A DNA stretch of 64,000 nucleotides. Source: Clostridia bacterium. GTDB lineage: Bacteria; Bacillota; Clostridia; Oscillospirales; Acutalibacteraceae. The stretch is taken from positions 34,566 through 98,565 of the forward strand of contig JAFYLQ010000001.1 in assembly GCA_017550105.1 (NCBI GenBank), in the 5' to 3' direction. The position numbers and the translations under genes are program-made. Below are positions 28,270 to 36,577 of the stretch, piece by piece. Within the stretch, counting starts at the first letter, position 1. Each line of letters begins with the position of its first letter. The notes beneath the pieces were generated by a model that was given only the letters and a program-made list of their open reading frames with translations, was not told the origin of the DNA and ran no database searches.

Positions 28270-29751
28270 TTAATCCTTTTTACTGATGTTTTTTAAATTT
28301 TCGTATATGAAATAGGGGATTCTTAAGCTACCCGTACCCACACCTATTTCAATATGGGGCTTCATTGTGCCGTGGAAATCCGAGCCGCCCGATAAAGCAA
28401 GGCTCAGTTTTTCTGCCAAAGCCCTGTAGGTGCTGACGTGGTTTTTGTCATATTCGGGGTAATAGCCTTCAACACCCGTAAGTCCCGCTTCCTTAAGACT
28501 AAGTAAAAGCTCCTCGGTTTTTTGAGCGTCGTAGCCCGTCTGGTTAAGGTGTGCAAGGAATGCAAGTCCCCCTGCGGCACGTATGGATTTAACTGCTTCA
28601 ACTGCGGTAAGCTCGTTTTTTTCGGAATATGCGGGTTTACCGAGTCCGATGTATCTGTCAAAGCATTCTCTTATGGTTTCGCAATAGCCCTTTTGAACCA
28701 TAAGCTTTGCAATGTGGGCTCTGCCTACAAATTTGCCACCTGCAAGGTCTAAAGCCTCCTCGTGGGTGATATCCATACCGAGTTTTTGCAATTTGAAGCA
28801 AACGTCCTCCATTCGTCTTCGGCGGGAGTCCTTAAGTTTTTTTATTGTGCTCAGTAAAATCTCGTTCTCGGGGTCTATAAAAAGCCCGATAATATGGGTT
28901 TCCGTATCCTCGGCGGCGGAAAATTCAATACCCGGTATAAACTCGATATTGCATTTTTCTGCCTGCGCCATAGCCTCCTTTATGCCGTCAACACTGTCGT
29001 GGTCAGTAAGGGCAAAGGCACTGAGCCCCATTTTTTCTGCATATAAAACAAGCTCACTGGGGGTCATTGTACCGTCCGAGCAGGTTGAGTGGGTGTGAAA
29101 ATCCACAATACGCTCGTCAAAAATAATTTCTTCAACGTCCGAAACCGAGGGCACGGAAAATGCCCTGTGCTCACTAAGAAGCTTTTTGCCCTGATGACCG
29201 TATTCAACAAGCACACAATCTATGCCCAATGCATTTGCCGTTTCAAGGTCGTGGAGAGTATCACCTACGAAAAGTGCATCATCGGGGTTGATGGCAAGGC
29301 GGTCAAAAAATGCACGTGCTCTGTCTATTTTGCTTTCGGCAAGGGTATTGTCTGCCCCTAAAACCTCGTTAAAGCAGTCGTAAATATCAAACTTTTTTAA
29401 AAGTCCGATAACCTCGTCCTTCTGATTGGCGGTTACTATGTATTGGTACACACCTTTTTCCTTTAAGGTGTGTAAAAGCTCGTAAATACCGTCGGCAAGA
29501 CGGGTTTCGTTAATATGACGTGCGTAATCCTTGTGGTAATCACGTGAAATCTCGTCAAAATCAAGCTCCTCGGGAGGGAGGATATGACGATAAAACCCGA
29601 TAATGGGTGTCTCCACGTAATTGTAATATTCATTTAACGTTATATGTGGGCGGTTTTTGCGGTCAAGAAGGTCGTTAACACAGGCAAGGGCGTTGCCCAC
29701 GTCGTCAATTACCGTGCCGTTAAAATCCCAAAAGATATATTTGTAGCGCAT
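28270..29751 (-). CDS. Fusion protein: N-terminal HAD-superfamily hydrolase plus C-terminal PHP-domain phosphoesterase
   Basis: HAD motif I reads FWDFNGTV and motif IV reads VGDTLHD. The PHP domain has DFHTHSTCSDG and LTDHDS. Confidence 0.8.
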   Translation of the reverse strand: MRYKYIFWDFNGTVIDDVGNALACVNDLLDRKNRPHITLNEYYNYVETPIIGFYRHILPPEELDFDEISRDYHKDYARHINETRLADGIYELLHTLKEKGVYQYIVTANQKDEVIGLLKKFDIYDCFNEVLGADNTLAESKIDRARAFFDRLAINPDDALFVGDTLHDLETANALGIDCVLVEYGHQGKKLLSEHRAFSVPSVSDVEEIIFDERIVDFHTHSTCSDGTMTPSELVLYAEKMGLSAFALTDHDSVDGIKEAMAQAEKCNIEFIPGIEFSAAEDTETHIIGLFIDPENEILLSTIKKLKDSRRRRMEDVCFKLQKLGMDITHEEALDLAGGKFVGRAHIAKLMVQKGYCETIRECFDRYIGLGKPAYSEKNELTAVEAVKSIRAAGGLAFLAHLNQTGYDAQKTEELLLSLKEAGLTGVEGYYPEYDKNHVSTYRALAEKLSLALSGGSDFHGTMKPHIEIGVGTGSLRIPYFIYENLKNISKKD

Positions 29752-29772
29752 ATTTTACTCCTGAATAAGTGT

Positions 29773-30050
29773 TAGAGTGGGTAAAGTGTATCCGAACCAG
29801 CCTTAAATGGCGTGGTTTCGGTACTTTTGTCCGATTTGCCTTTGAAAGGCGCCAGCCTATCTGCAGTCAAATACAAACAAAATTACTCAAAACCACATCC
29901 ATTTAAGGTCGAAGAATTTTGTGATTAAGTATTTTTCGCTCAGATGAGGCAAAAACGCAGCTAATCCTGACGGATTGGCGAGTATTTTAACGAAATATGA
30001 GTGGAAAAGACTATCCCAAAATCTGGTTCGGATACACTTTACCCACTCTA
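29773..30050. mobile_element. MITE-like element, 278 bp, with perfect 28-bp terminal inverted repeats
   Basis: TAGAGTGGGTAAAGTGTATCCGAACCAG at 29773-29800 pairs with its exact reverse complement at 30023-30050. There is a nested inverted repeat CCTTAAATGG / CCATTTAAGG. A TA dinucleotide sits at each end of a 26-bp TIR reading. Confidence 0.6.
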
Positions 30051-30091
30051 GAGTAATTTTAGCATAAAAGCCCCTAAAAGGCAAATGGGTT

Positions 30092-30358
30092 TTAGAATAA
30101 AGACCTGAAAATTACTCCCGCAACGATACCTGCCACAAAGCTGCCGCACAGGGTAAGCAGCAATTGCTTTCTTTGGGTGGCAAAGCTCTTTGACAAGGGT
30201 GGTTTGCCCACACTTTCAATTTCCCTTCGTGCACTTTCACGCAATCTGCCCTCGGACATTCCGCTATATTCGGGCTTTACAAAGAATATTGCCTTTTCAA
30301 AAAATCCATTTTCTGTTTCGGCTATTTCAAGCACCTGCTTGTTAACTCCCTTAAGCAT
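30092..30358 (-). CDS. Hypothetical small protein with a C-terminal TM helix
   Basis: 88-aa ORF with a plausible hydrophobic tail (LLLTLCGSFVAGIVAGVIF). Confidence 0.5.
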   Translation of the reverse strand: MLKGVNKQVLEIAETENGFFEKAIFFVKPEYSGMSEGRLRESARREIESVGKPPLSKSFATQRKQLLLTLCGSFVAGIVAGVIFRSLF

Positions 30359-30551
30359 TAAAAAATCCTCCTTGGTGGTTGTTTTTATGTAAATTATGTT
30401 GTGTAAATTTGCAGAAATTTATACAGAAACGCTCAATTTTACGTTGCATAAAAAATATGGCAATTTTGGTGATTTTGACAATTGATTTTGTGAAAATTCC
30501 TTTTTGAAAATTAATGAATTTTGCCGACTTGTTAAAATTGACAATTCCAAA

Positions 30552-30570
30552 ATTATACAATCTGTATAAT
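30552..30570. promoter_or_regulatory. Second copy of the 19-bp palindrome (ATTATACAATCTGTATAAT)
   Basis: Exact reverse complement of 11078..11096. Confidence 0.5.
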
Positions 30571-30918
30571 AGATTTTTGCACAAAATTGTTCAAAACAGT
30601 GTTCAAAATGTTGACAACTGACCCCGAAGACAGGCTATACACCGCGGTTTTCGACATTTTCTATAATTTGATTGACAAAAAATGCTTATTGTTCAAAATA
30701 TACGATTTGTTGATAATTTCTTTGAATTATACAAAATGGAAAATAGAAAAACCGCCAAAAATAAATGTTCGTTGGTAAAAACGAACAAAGGAAAAAAGCA
30801 TATAAATTTACATAAAATACTGTTAAAAATGTAGAAAAACTTGTTTTTCCAAAAAATAGGTTGACAAAAACACTTTACTAATTTTTGAAAATGGGTTATT
30901 GTTATTTTGGTGATAAAA

Positions 30919-31731
30919 ATGACACAAAAATATGAGAACGGCAATGTGATTTTAACCTTGGATGACGACCTTGATTTAGGGTTATGTCTTGACTGCGGTC
31001 AGGCTTTCAGATGGAAGTATGACGAAAGTGGATGTTGGTCGGGTGTTGCCCATTCCCAAAAGCTAAGGGTTAGTCAGAATGGGGATACAATAACCTTTTA
31101 CGACACCACTCCCGAGGTGTTTGAAAGAGTGTGGAGCGGCTATTTTGATTTAAATCGAAATTACAGGGATATAGTCGCACTCTACACCGAGGAAAACATA
31201 AAAATTGCCTGCGCAAAGTATCCGGGTATAAGAATTTTAAAGCAGGACGAGTGGGAGGCAATCTGCTCCTTTATAATTTCTGCAAACAACAACATTCCCC
31301 GTATTAAGGGAATTATTGAAAGGCTTTGTGAGGGCTTTGGTGAGGATTTGGGCGGTGCCTATTCCTTTCCCTCGGCTCAGAGGCTCAGCACCCTTACCGT
31401 TGAGGATTTAGCACCTCTCAGGGCGGGCTTCAGGGCAAAGTACATAATAGATGCGGCGCAGAAAATTGCTTCGGGCGAGGTTGATATTGAAAAAATAAAA
31501 GCCCTGCCCTTTGATGAGGCAAAGGCGGAGCTTTTAAAAATTAAGGGTGTGGGTGAAAAGGTTGCCCAATGCGCACTTCTTTACGGCTTTGGCAGGGTGG
31601 AGGCTTTCCCCGTGGACGTGTGGGTGAAACGAATTCTTGCGGAGCTTTATCCGAAAGGCTTGCCCCAATGTATGTACGGAACACAGGGCATTGCTCAGCA
31701 ATACCTTTTTCATTGGCGAAGAAATATATAG
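30919..31731 (+). CDS. ogg: 8-oxoguanine DNA glycosylase / HhH-GPD family DNA glycosylase
   Basis: HhH-GPD motif IKGVGEKVAQCALLYGF...FPVDVW. Confidence 0.8.
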   Translation: MTQKYENGNVILTLDDDLDLGLCLDCGQAFRWKYDESGCWSGVAHSQKLRVSQNGDTITFYDTTPEVFERVWSGYFDLNRNYRDIVALYTEENIKIACAKYPGIRILKQDEWEAICSFIISANNNIPRIKGIIERLCEGFGEDLGGAYSFPSAQRLSTLTVEDLAPLRAGFRAKYIIDAAQKIASGEVDIEKIKALPFDEAKAELLKIKGVGEKVAQCALLYGFGRVEAFPVDVWVKRILAELYPKGLPQCMYGTQGIAQQYLFHWRRNI

Positions 31732-31746
31732 AATAAGCCCCTTGGC

Positions 31747-31786
31747 AATCGATCGATTGTCAAGGGGTTGTTTGTTTAATCTTTCT
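31747..31786 (+). terminator. Rho-independent terminator after ogg
   Basis: Stem CCCCTTGGCAATCGA / TCGATTGTCAAGGGG followed by a T-rich tail. Confidence 0.65.
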
Positions 31787-32909
31787 TTGCTTTTTTAGGT
31801 GGAGCGTTGAGGTATTCCTTAGCAAGTTTGTAAAGAGCGCCTACGAGGGGTACGCCGATAATCATACCGGGAATGCCGAACACACCGCCACCGACTACAA
31901 CTGCCACAAGCACCCATATTGCGGGAAGACCCATTGATGAGCCCACCACCTTGGGGTAAATAATATTGCCCTCAATCTGTTGAAGAATTACGAGGAAAAC
32001 AAGGAAGATAAGAGCCTTTGTGGGGGATTCGGTAAGAATCAAAAATGCGCCCACACCACCGCCGATAAATGCACCCACAACGGGAATTAATGCGGAAAAG
32101 CCTATTACTGCACCAATCATAGGCGCATAGGGAAGCCTTAAAATAAACATACCAAGGGTACACAAAACTCCCAGAATAACTGCCTCGGTGCATTGACCTA
32201 CGATAAAACGGTGGAAGCTGTCATTCAGTACGTCAAGGACGTGCTTTAATTTTTTGTATAATTCAGGCTTCAGGAATTTTGTTAAAACCTTGTTTGCCTG
32301 TGATGAAAGCTTCCTTTTGCTCAACAACAGATATACTGCAAAAATTACTGCAATTACAACCGTTGTAACACCTGAAACCACTGTGGAAACGGTTGAAACA
32401 ACCATTCCGAAAATATCGCCGAAGCCTGAAACAAATTTTTCAATCAATTGGTTAATACGTGTCTGCCAATCTATTGAAGCCAATTTATCAAGAATTGCGG
32501 ATGAATTTATTTCGTGCTCCTCAAGGAAAAGAACAAGACCTTCCATAAACGAGGGTATCTGCGTAATCAGTAGCTTTATGCAGGAAATGAGCTGGGGAAT
32601 TATGAGCACCATAATAACCGCAACAAAAGCGGCAAGGGTTATTATTGCCAGAAGCAGACTGACGGGTGTTCGGGATTTTATAACACCGTTCTTCTTTGAG
32701 CGCGGGAAATAGTGACGCTCAAAAAAGCTCATCAGTATATTAAGGGGATAGGCAATTACAAAGCCTAAAATGAGGGGTGTTGCCGCACTTAAGATTTTGG
32801 CAAGAACTCCCGAAATATTTGACCAGTAGTGTATGCCAAGATACAGGGCAAACACTGCAACGGCAATTTTTATTATAGTGCGTGTTTCGATTTTTTTCAT
32901 AGTTTCCAC
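31776..32909 (-). CDS. AI-2E family transporter (PerM-like permease)
   Basis: 377 aa, polytopic, with family-typical conserved patches (IEGNIIYPKVVG). Confidence 0.8.
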   Translation of the reverse strand: METMKKIETRTIIKIAVAVFALYLGIHYWSNISGVLAKILSAATPLILGFVIAYPLNILMSFFERHYFPRSKKNGVIKSRTPVSLLLAIITLAAFVAVIMVLIIPQLISCIKLLITQIPSFMEGLVLFLEEHEINSSAILDKLASIDWQTRINQLIEKFVSGFGDIFGMVVSTVSTVVSGVTTVVIAVIFAVYLLLSKRKLSSQANKVLTKFLKPELYKKLKHVLDVLNDSFHRFIVGQCTEAVILGVLCTLGMFILRLPYAPMIGAVIGFSALIPVVGAFIGGGVGAFLILTESPTKALIFLVFLVILQQIEGNIIYPKVVGSSMGLPAIWVLVAVVVGGGVFGIPGMIIGVPLVGALYKLAKEYLNAPPKKAKKD

Positions 32910-32918
32910 CTATAAAAT

Positions 32919-33443
32919 TTATTGTGACAGTTTGCGTAAAAGCTTCGATAAGGGTAAAATCAAAGCTCCTAAAAAGAAATTGCTAACACCGTGTATTGCG
33001 TCAAAGGGAAGTCCTGCGGCTATCCAGGAAATCGTGCCTTCAAGGGATAATCCAAAGGCAATTGCCTGAAAGGGAGCATATAGCACACCGTATAAACATC
33101 CGTGAGCCGAGCAGATAAGCATATACACTATTACGGCTTTTTTAGGTGACATATTCTTTGGTAAAAGCATTGTTACTGCCCAAAGAATGGTCCATATATA
33201 TAGATATGGTATCCACCATATTCCGAAGCCGTTTAAAAGACCCGTTAAAAAAACGAATATATAAAGGGGATAAAGAGCCTTTTTTCTGTAAACTATGGTG
33301 ATTGCAACAACAAAAAGACTGATAAGGTGCACATTTGGTATTGCATCCATAATCACCTTTGAAGCGTACATCACCGCTCCGAGCATACCGAAAATCGCAA
33401 TTTCCTTTGCGGTGATTTTTCTTTTACTCTGCTTTGAACTCAT
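32919..33443 (-). CDS. ECF-transporter S-component-like membrane protein (candidate cobalamin-specific)
   Basis: 174 aa with about six TM spans, downstream of the DUF4430 lipoprotein and under the B12 riboswitch. Confidence 0.6.
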   Translation of the reverse strand: MSSKQSKRKITAKEIAIFGMLGAVMYASKVIMDAIPNVHLISLFVVAITIVYRKKALYPLYIFVFLTGLLNGFGIWWIPYLYIWTILWAVTMLLPKNMSPKKAVIVYMLICSAHGCLYGVLYAPFQAIAFGLSLEGTISWIAAGLPFDAIHGVSNFFLGALILPLSKLLRKLSQ

Positions 33444-33900
33444 AAACTGTGCCGTCCGTAATGTCTGTTAATTCTACACCCTTTGAGGCGTACTCGCCGT
33501 TAGCATAGAATGCCCAATATTTACCGTCCTTGTCATAATCAACGGTAACTCCGTTTACGGTTTTTACGTAAAGACCATAGGGACCATCTTCACCTTGAAT
33601 AAGCTCTAATTCGATAAGTGCTTCACCGACAGTGACTTTGTCCGTGTTTATTTCAAAAACGGTTACGGTACCCTCGGGGTCTGTTACCTTAAAGGTGAAT
33701 TGTTTTTCACCCTGACCCATTTTAACGGGTGCACTCTCGCCATCGTCTGCCGACGGAAGAGTTGCTTCAACCTTGGTGGTTGTTTCGGGGCTTGTTTCGG
33801 GCTTCTCGGCACCACAGCCTGTTGCAAAAAGTGCTACAACCGCAATAAGCACAACGCAAAGGAGCAGTGACAAGATTTTTTTGATACTTGTCATTTTCAT
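33424..33900 (-). CDS. DUF4430-like (transcobalamin-like) lipoprotein
   Basis: Signal peptide with lipobox LFATGC. The C-terminal pattern GPYGLYV..VNG...D...YWAFYVNG is typical of DUF4430. Confidence 0.65.
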   Translation of the reverse strand: MKMTSIKKILSLLLCVVLIAVVALFATGCGAEKPETSPETTTKVEATLPSADDGESAPVKMGQGEKQFTFKVTDPEGTVTVFEINTDKVTVGEALIELELIQGEDGPYGLYVKTVNGVTVDYDKDGKYWAFYANGEYASKGVELTDITDGTVYEFKAE

Positions 33901-33974
33901 AAGAATTCTCCTATTGTTATTATTTCATCTTTATGTGAAATCACACACCGGCACTCGCAGTATTTAAAGATGAT

Positions 33975-34165
33975 TTAGAGTGAGAGAAGTATACCTTCCT
34001 CACTCCTATCAGCAAGTATTTCGACTCGGTGCATATTTTTCGCCTTCTCAAACAAGTTGTTCAATGGCTGTTTCTCCGTTTTGCGGTATACGGATAGAAA
34101 AATACGTTTTTGCACCTCACGGCGACGGGCTCGTACAGGATTTTCACCTGTTTCCTTGAACTGAT
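33975..34165 (-). promoter_or_regulatory. Cobalamin (B12) riboswitch
   Basis: The minus strand reads GGAAACAGGTGAAAATCCTGTACGAGCCCG (conserved core), followed by a B12-box-like AGAAACAGCCATTG and a downstream hairpin GAGTGAGGAAG / CTTCTCTCACTC. The boundaries are approximate. Confidence 0.75.
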
Positions 34166-34171
34166 AAGGAA

Positions 34172-34199
34172 ATTATACCACAAAATACTGTTTTTGCAA
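34172..34199 (-). promoter_or_regulatory. Promoter TTGCAA-16 nt-TGGTATAAT (extended -10) driving the riboswitch operon
   Basis: Read on the minus strand immediately upstream of the riboswitch. Confidence 0.6.
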
Positions 34200-34207
34200 T
34201 AAAAATC

Positions 34208-34507
34208 CCGACACATTAGGGAGTGTAATTTAGGGATTTTTAGCCTTAAATCATTAACTTTGGCGCATAGCTTTGTTAAAAAGAGAGGGAACCCGTCAGG
34301 GTGCCCTCTCTTTTATGTCGCGCTCTGCATCCAAAATTAAAAGATTTAAGGTGCTGTGCAGTTTAAATTTAAATAGTTTTCGTTCAGACGAAATGACAAA
34401 TGCACCGTAAGGCTGGCGCCTACGGTGCATTTTCATAATGTATTAACGGAAAATATTAAATTTAAACCTGATAAATCCCTAATTTACGCTCCCTTTCGAG
34501 TGTCGGG
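34208..34507. mobile_element. MITE-like / nested-palindrome element, about 300 bp, with imperfect 33-35-bp terminal inverted repeats
   Basis: CCCGACACATTAGGGAGTGTAATTTAGGGATTT pairs with AAATCCCTAATTTACGCTCCCTTTCGAGTGTCGGG. Internal hairpins at 34282-34311 and 34399-34433. Shares AGCCTTAAAT and GGCGCCAGCC with element 29773..30050. Confidence 0.5.
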
Positions 34508-34513
34508 TAAATT

Positions 34514-36013
34514 TTATTTGTGATAAAGTTTTTTGCTTTCGTGCTGGGGCTCACAGGTGATGTTGATGCCTAATTTTCTGAAGGTGTCAAGGTCAACCTG
34601 TGAAAGAATAACCGTTGCATGAGCCTCGCTACCCTTTAACAGGGGCAATGAGTCGAAGGCTTTTTTGGCATTTTCACTTGTAACCGCACTCATTGTAAGG
34701 GCAATAAGCACCTCGTCCGTGTGAAGTCGGGGGTTGTGATTACCAAGAATGCTTGTTTTAAGTGACTGAATGGGCTCAATAACCTCACGCTTGATAAGGA
34801 GCAACTCGTTATCAATGTCCGCAACAACCTTAAGGGCGTTAAGAAGTGCCGCTGAGGCGGAGCCTAAAAGGTCGCTTGTTTTACCTGTAACCATTTCACC
34901 GTTGGGAAGCTCAATTGCAACTGCAGGGCGGTTGCCTGTTTCCTCGCTCTTTGTAAGGGCGGCTTTAACGGTGGGACGCGCACTGTCAACCGAAATACCC
35001 GCCTGATTCATAAGGCTTTCGATTTTAGCAATGGCAGCATCGTTTTTGTGACCCATTTTTTTGTCGCAAAGGGTGTTGAAGTAACGGCGCACGATTTCCT
35101 CGTGTGAGGCTTTACAGCAAACGGCGTCATCTGTAATGCAGTAGCCCGCCATATTAACACCCATATCCGTGGGTGATTTGTAGGGGCTAACACCCTCAAT
35201 TTTTTCAAACATTGCGTTAAGAACGGGGAAAACCTCAACGTCACGATTGTAGTTAACGGTTGTGATACCGTAAGCCTCAAGGTGGTAGGGGTCAATCATA
35301 TTAACGTCGTTAAGGTCTGCCGTTGCCGCTTCATAAGCAAGGTTAACGGGGTGCTTAAGGGGAAGGTTCCAGATGGGGAAGGTCTCGAATTTAGCGTAAC
35401 CGGCTTTTACACCGCGGGCATTATCGTGATAAAGCTGTGAAAGGCAGGTTGCCATTTTGCCGCTACCGGGACCGGGTGCGGTAATAACAACCAAGGGACG
35501 GGAGGTTTCGATGTAGTCGTTTTTGCCGAAGCCCTCGTCACTTACGATTTTTTTAACGTTGTAGGGGTAGCCGTCAATGGGGTAGTGCATAAATACCTTT
35601 ATGCCTAAGGCTTCAAGCTTTTCTTTGAATTTAAGGGCGGTGGGCTGACCGTCAAACTGTGTTATAACAACGCTGCCCACGTAAAGCTCGGCACTTGCAA
35701 AGGCATCCATAAGACGTAAAACGTCACTATCGTAAGGGATACCCAAGTCACGGCGTATTTTGTTGTTTTCAATGTCACCTGCAGATATAACAATAACAAC
35801 CTCAGCGTGCTCCTTAAGATTAAGAAGTAACTGAAGCTTACTGTCGGGCTTGAAGCCGGGGAGCACGCGTGATGCATGATAATCATCAAAAAGCTTACCG
35901 CCGAATTCAAGATAAAGTCTGCCGCCGAAATCGGCAACACGCTTCATAATCTGCTCGGATTGCTTTGCGATATACATATCGTTGTCAAAACCGATTTTTT
36001 TCTGCAAATCCAT
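34514..36013 (-). CDS. DUF1846 (UPF0371) family protein
   Basis: About 499 aa starting MDLQKKIGFDNDMYIAKQSEQI, a family-typical N-terminus. I chose the start at 36013 over the upstream extension. Confidence 0.8.
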   Translation of the reverse strand: MDLQKKIGFDNDMYIAKQSEQIMKRVADFGGRLYLEFGGKLFDDYHASRVLPGFKPDSKLQLLLNLKEHAEVVIVISAGDIENNKIRRDLGIPYDSDVLRLMDAFASAELYVGSVVITQFDGQPTALKFKEKLEALGIKVFMHYPIDGYPYNVKKIVSDEGFGKNDYIETSRPLVVITAPGPGSGKMATCLSQLYHDNARGVKAGYAKFETFPIWNLPLKHPVNLAYEAATADLNDVNMIDPYHLEAYGITTVNYNRDVEVFPVLNAMFEKIEGVSPYKSPTDMGVNMAGYCITDDAVCCKASHEEIVRRYFNTLCDKKMGHKNDAAIAKIESLMNQAGISVDSARPTVKAALTKSEETGNRPAVAIELPNGEMVTGKTSDLLGSASAALLNALKVVADIDNELLLIKREVIEPIQSLKTSILGNHNPRLHTDEVLIALTMSAVTSENAKKAFDSLPLLKGSEAHATVILSQVDLDTFRKLGINITCEPQHESKKLYHK

Positions 36014-36222
36014 AACACCAACCCTTTCACAAAGAATAATTTTAACAAATAGCCGTTGATTTGTCAACGAAAAGCAAATGTAAATATGCACAAATTGTTG
36101 GCAAGTGAATTGGATAAAGAATAAAATAAAGACAGGGAAAACCTTACCCTGTCTTATGTCAAAGGGTGCAATGTAAACAAAGCACCATTTAGGAAAAGTT
36201 AATTAATTTTGATAATCGATGT

Positions 36223-36350
36223 AAATCAGGGGAAGATTTTATGATTGAGTTGTTTTCAACCATAAACCGCCCCTGATTTTAAATTTTAAGACGACAAAAC
36301 CTTGATTTAACAGGGGTTACGGCTCAATCATAGAACCGTCCCCTGATTGG
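36223..36350. repeat. Inverted-repeat element, copy 1 (about 128 bp, roughly 22-27-bp arms)
   Basis: AAATCAGGGGAAGATTTTATGATTGAG pairs with CTCAATCATAGAACCGTCCCCTGATT. Confidence 0.65.
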
Positions 36351-36440
36351 TCATTACAGTTTCGGTAACTCCTGTATTGTAATCATATGTGTAATACGTA
36401 CCGTAGCCGTTTTCGTCATACTCCACCCTGACATAATAAA

Positions 36441-36563
36441 ACCATGGGGCGGTTCTGTGATTGGGGTTTATCCAAAGACAAACCGCCCCTGATTTTAAAA
36501 TTTAAGACAACAAAACTTTGATTTATCAGAGTTTACAACTCAATCATAGAACCGTCTGATTGG
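36441..36563. repeat. Inverted-repeat element, copy 2 (homologous to 36223..36350)
   Basis: GGGGCGGTTCTGTGATTGGGG pairs with CTCAATCATAGAACCGTCTGATT. The interior is about 85% identical to copy 1. Confidence 0.65.
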
Positions 36564-36577
36564 TTTCTGTCTTTTGA

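Noticed and set aside
29887-30084. 65-aa ORF inside the MITE-like element
   Set aside because: It spans the right terminal inverted repeat, has no RBS, and has an improbable composition.
30650-30656. Perfect Spo0A box (TGTCGAA on the minus strand)
   Set aside because: A single 7-mer is expected several times by chance in 64 kb on two strands, and nothing else supports it.
30351-30944. Three short ORFs (30351..30584, 30587..30778, 30693..30944) in the AT-rich intergenic region
   Set aside because: They are low-complexity Phe/Lys/Ile/Asn-rich translations typical of AT-rich non-coding DNA. They overlap one another and have no RBS.
36351-36480. Orphan toxin/immunity gene fragment (...YYVRVEYDENGYGTYYTYDYNTGVTE...) between the tandem repeats
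   Set aside because: It has no start codon, is about 50 codons long, and part of the reading frame is itself repeat-arm sequence. It is better explained as inter-repeat spacer. A decayed gene remnant cannot be fully excluded.
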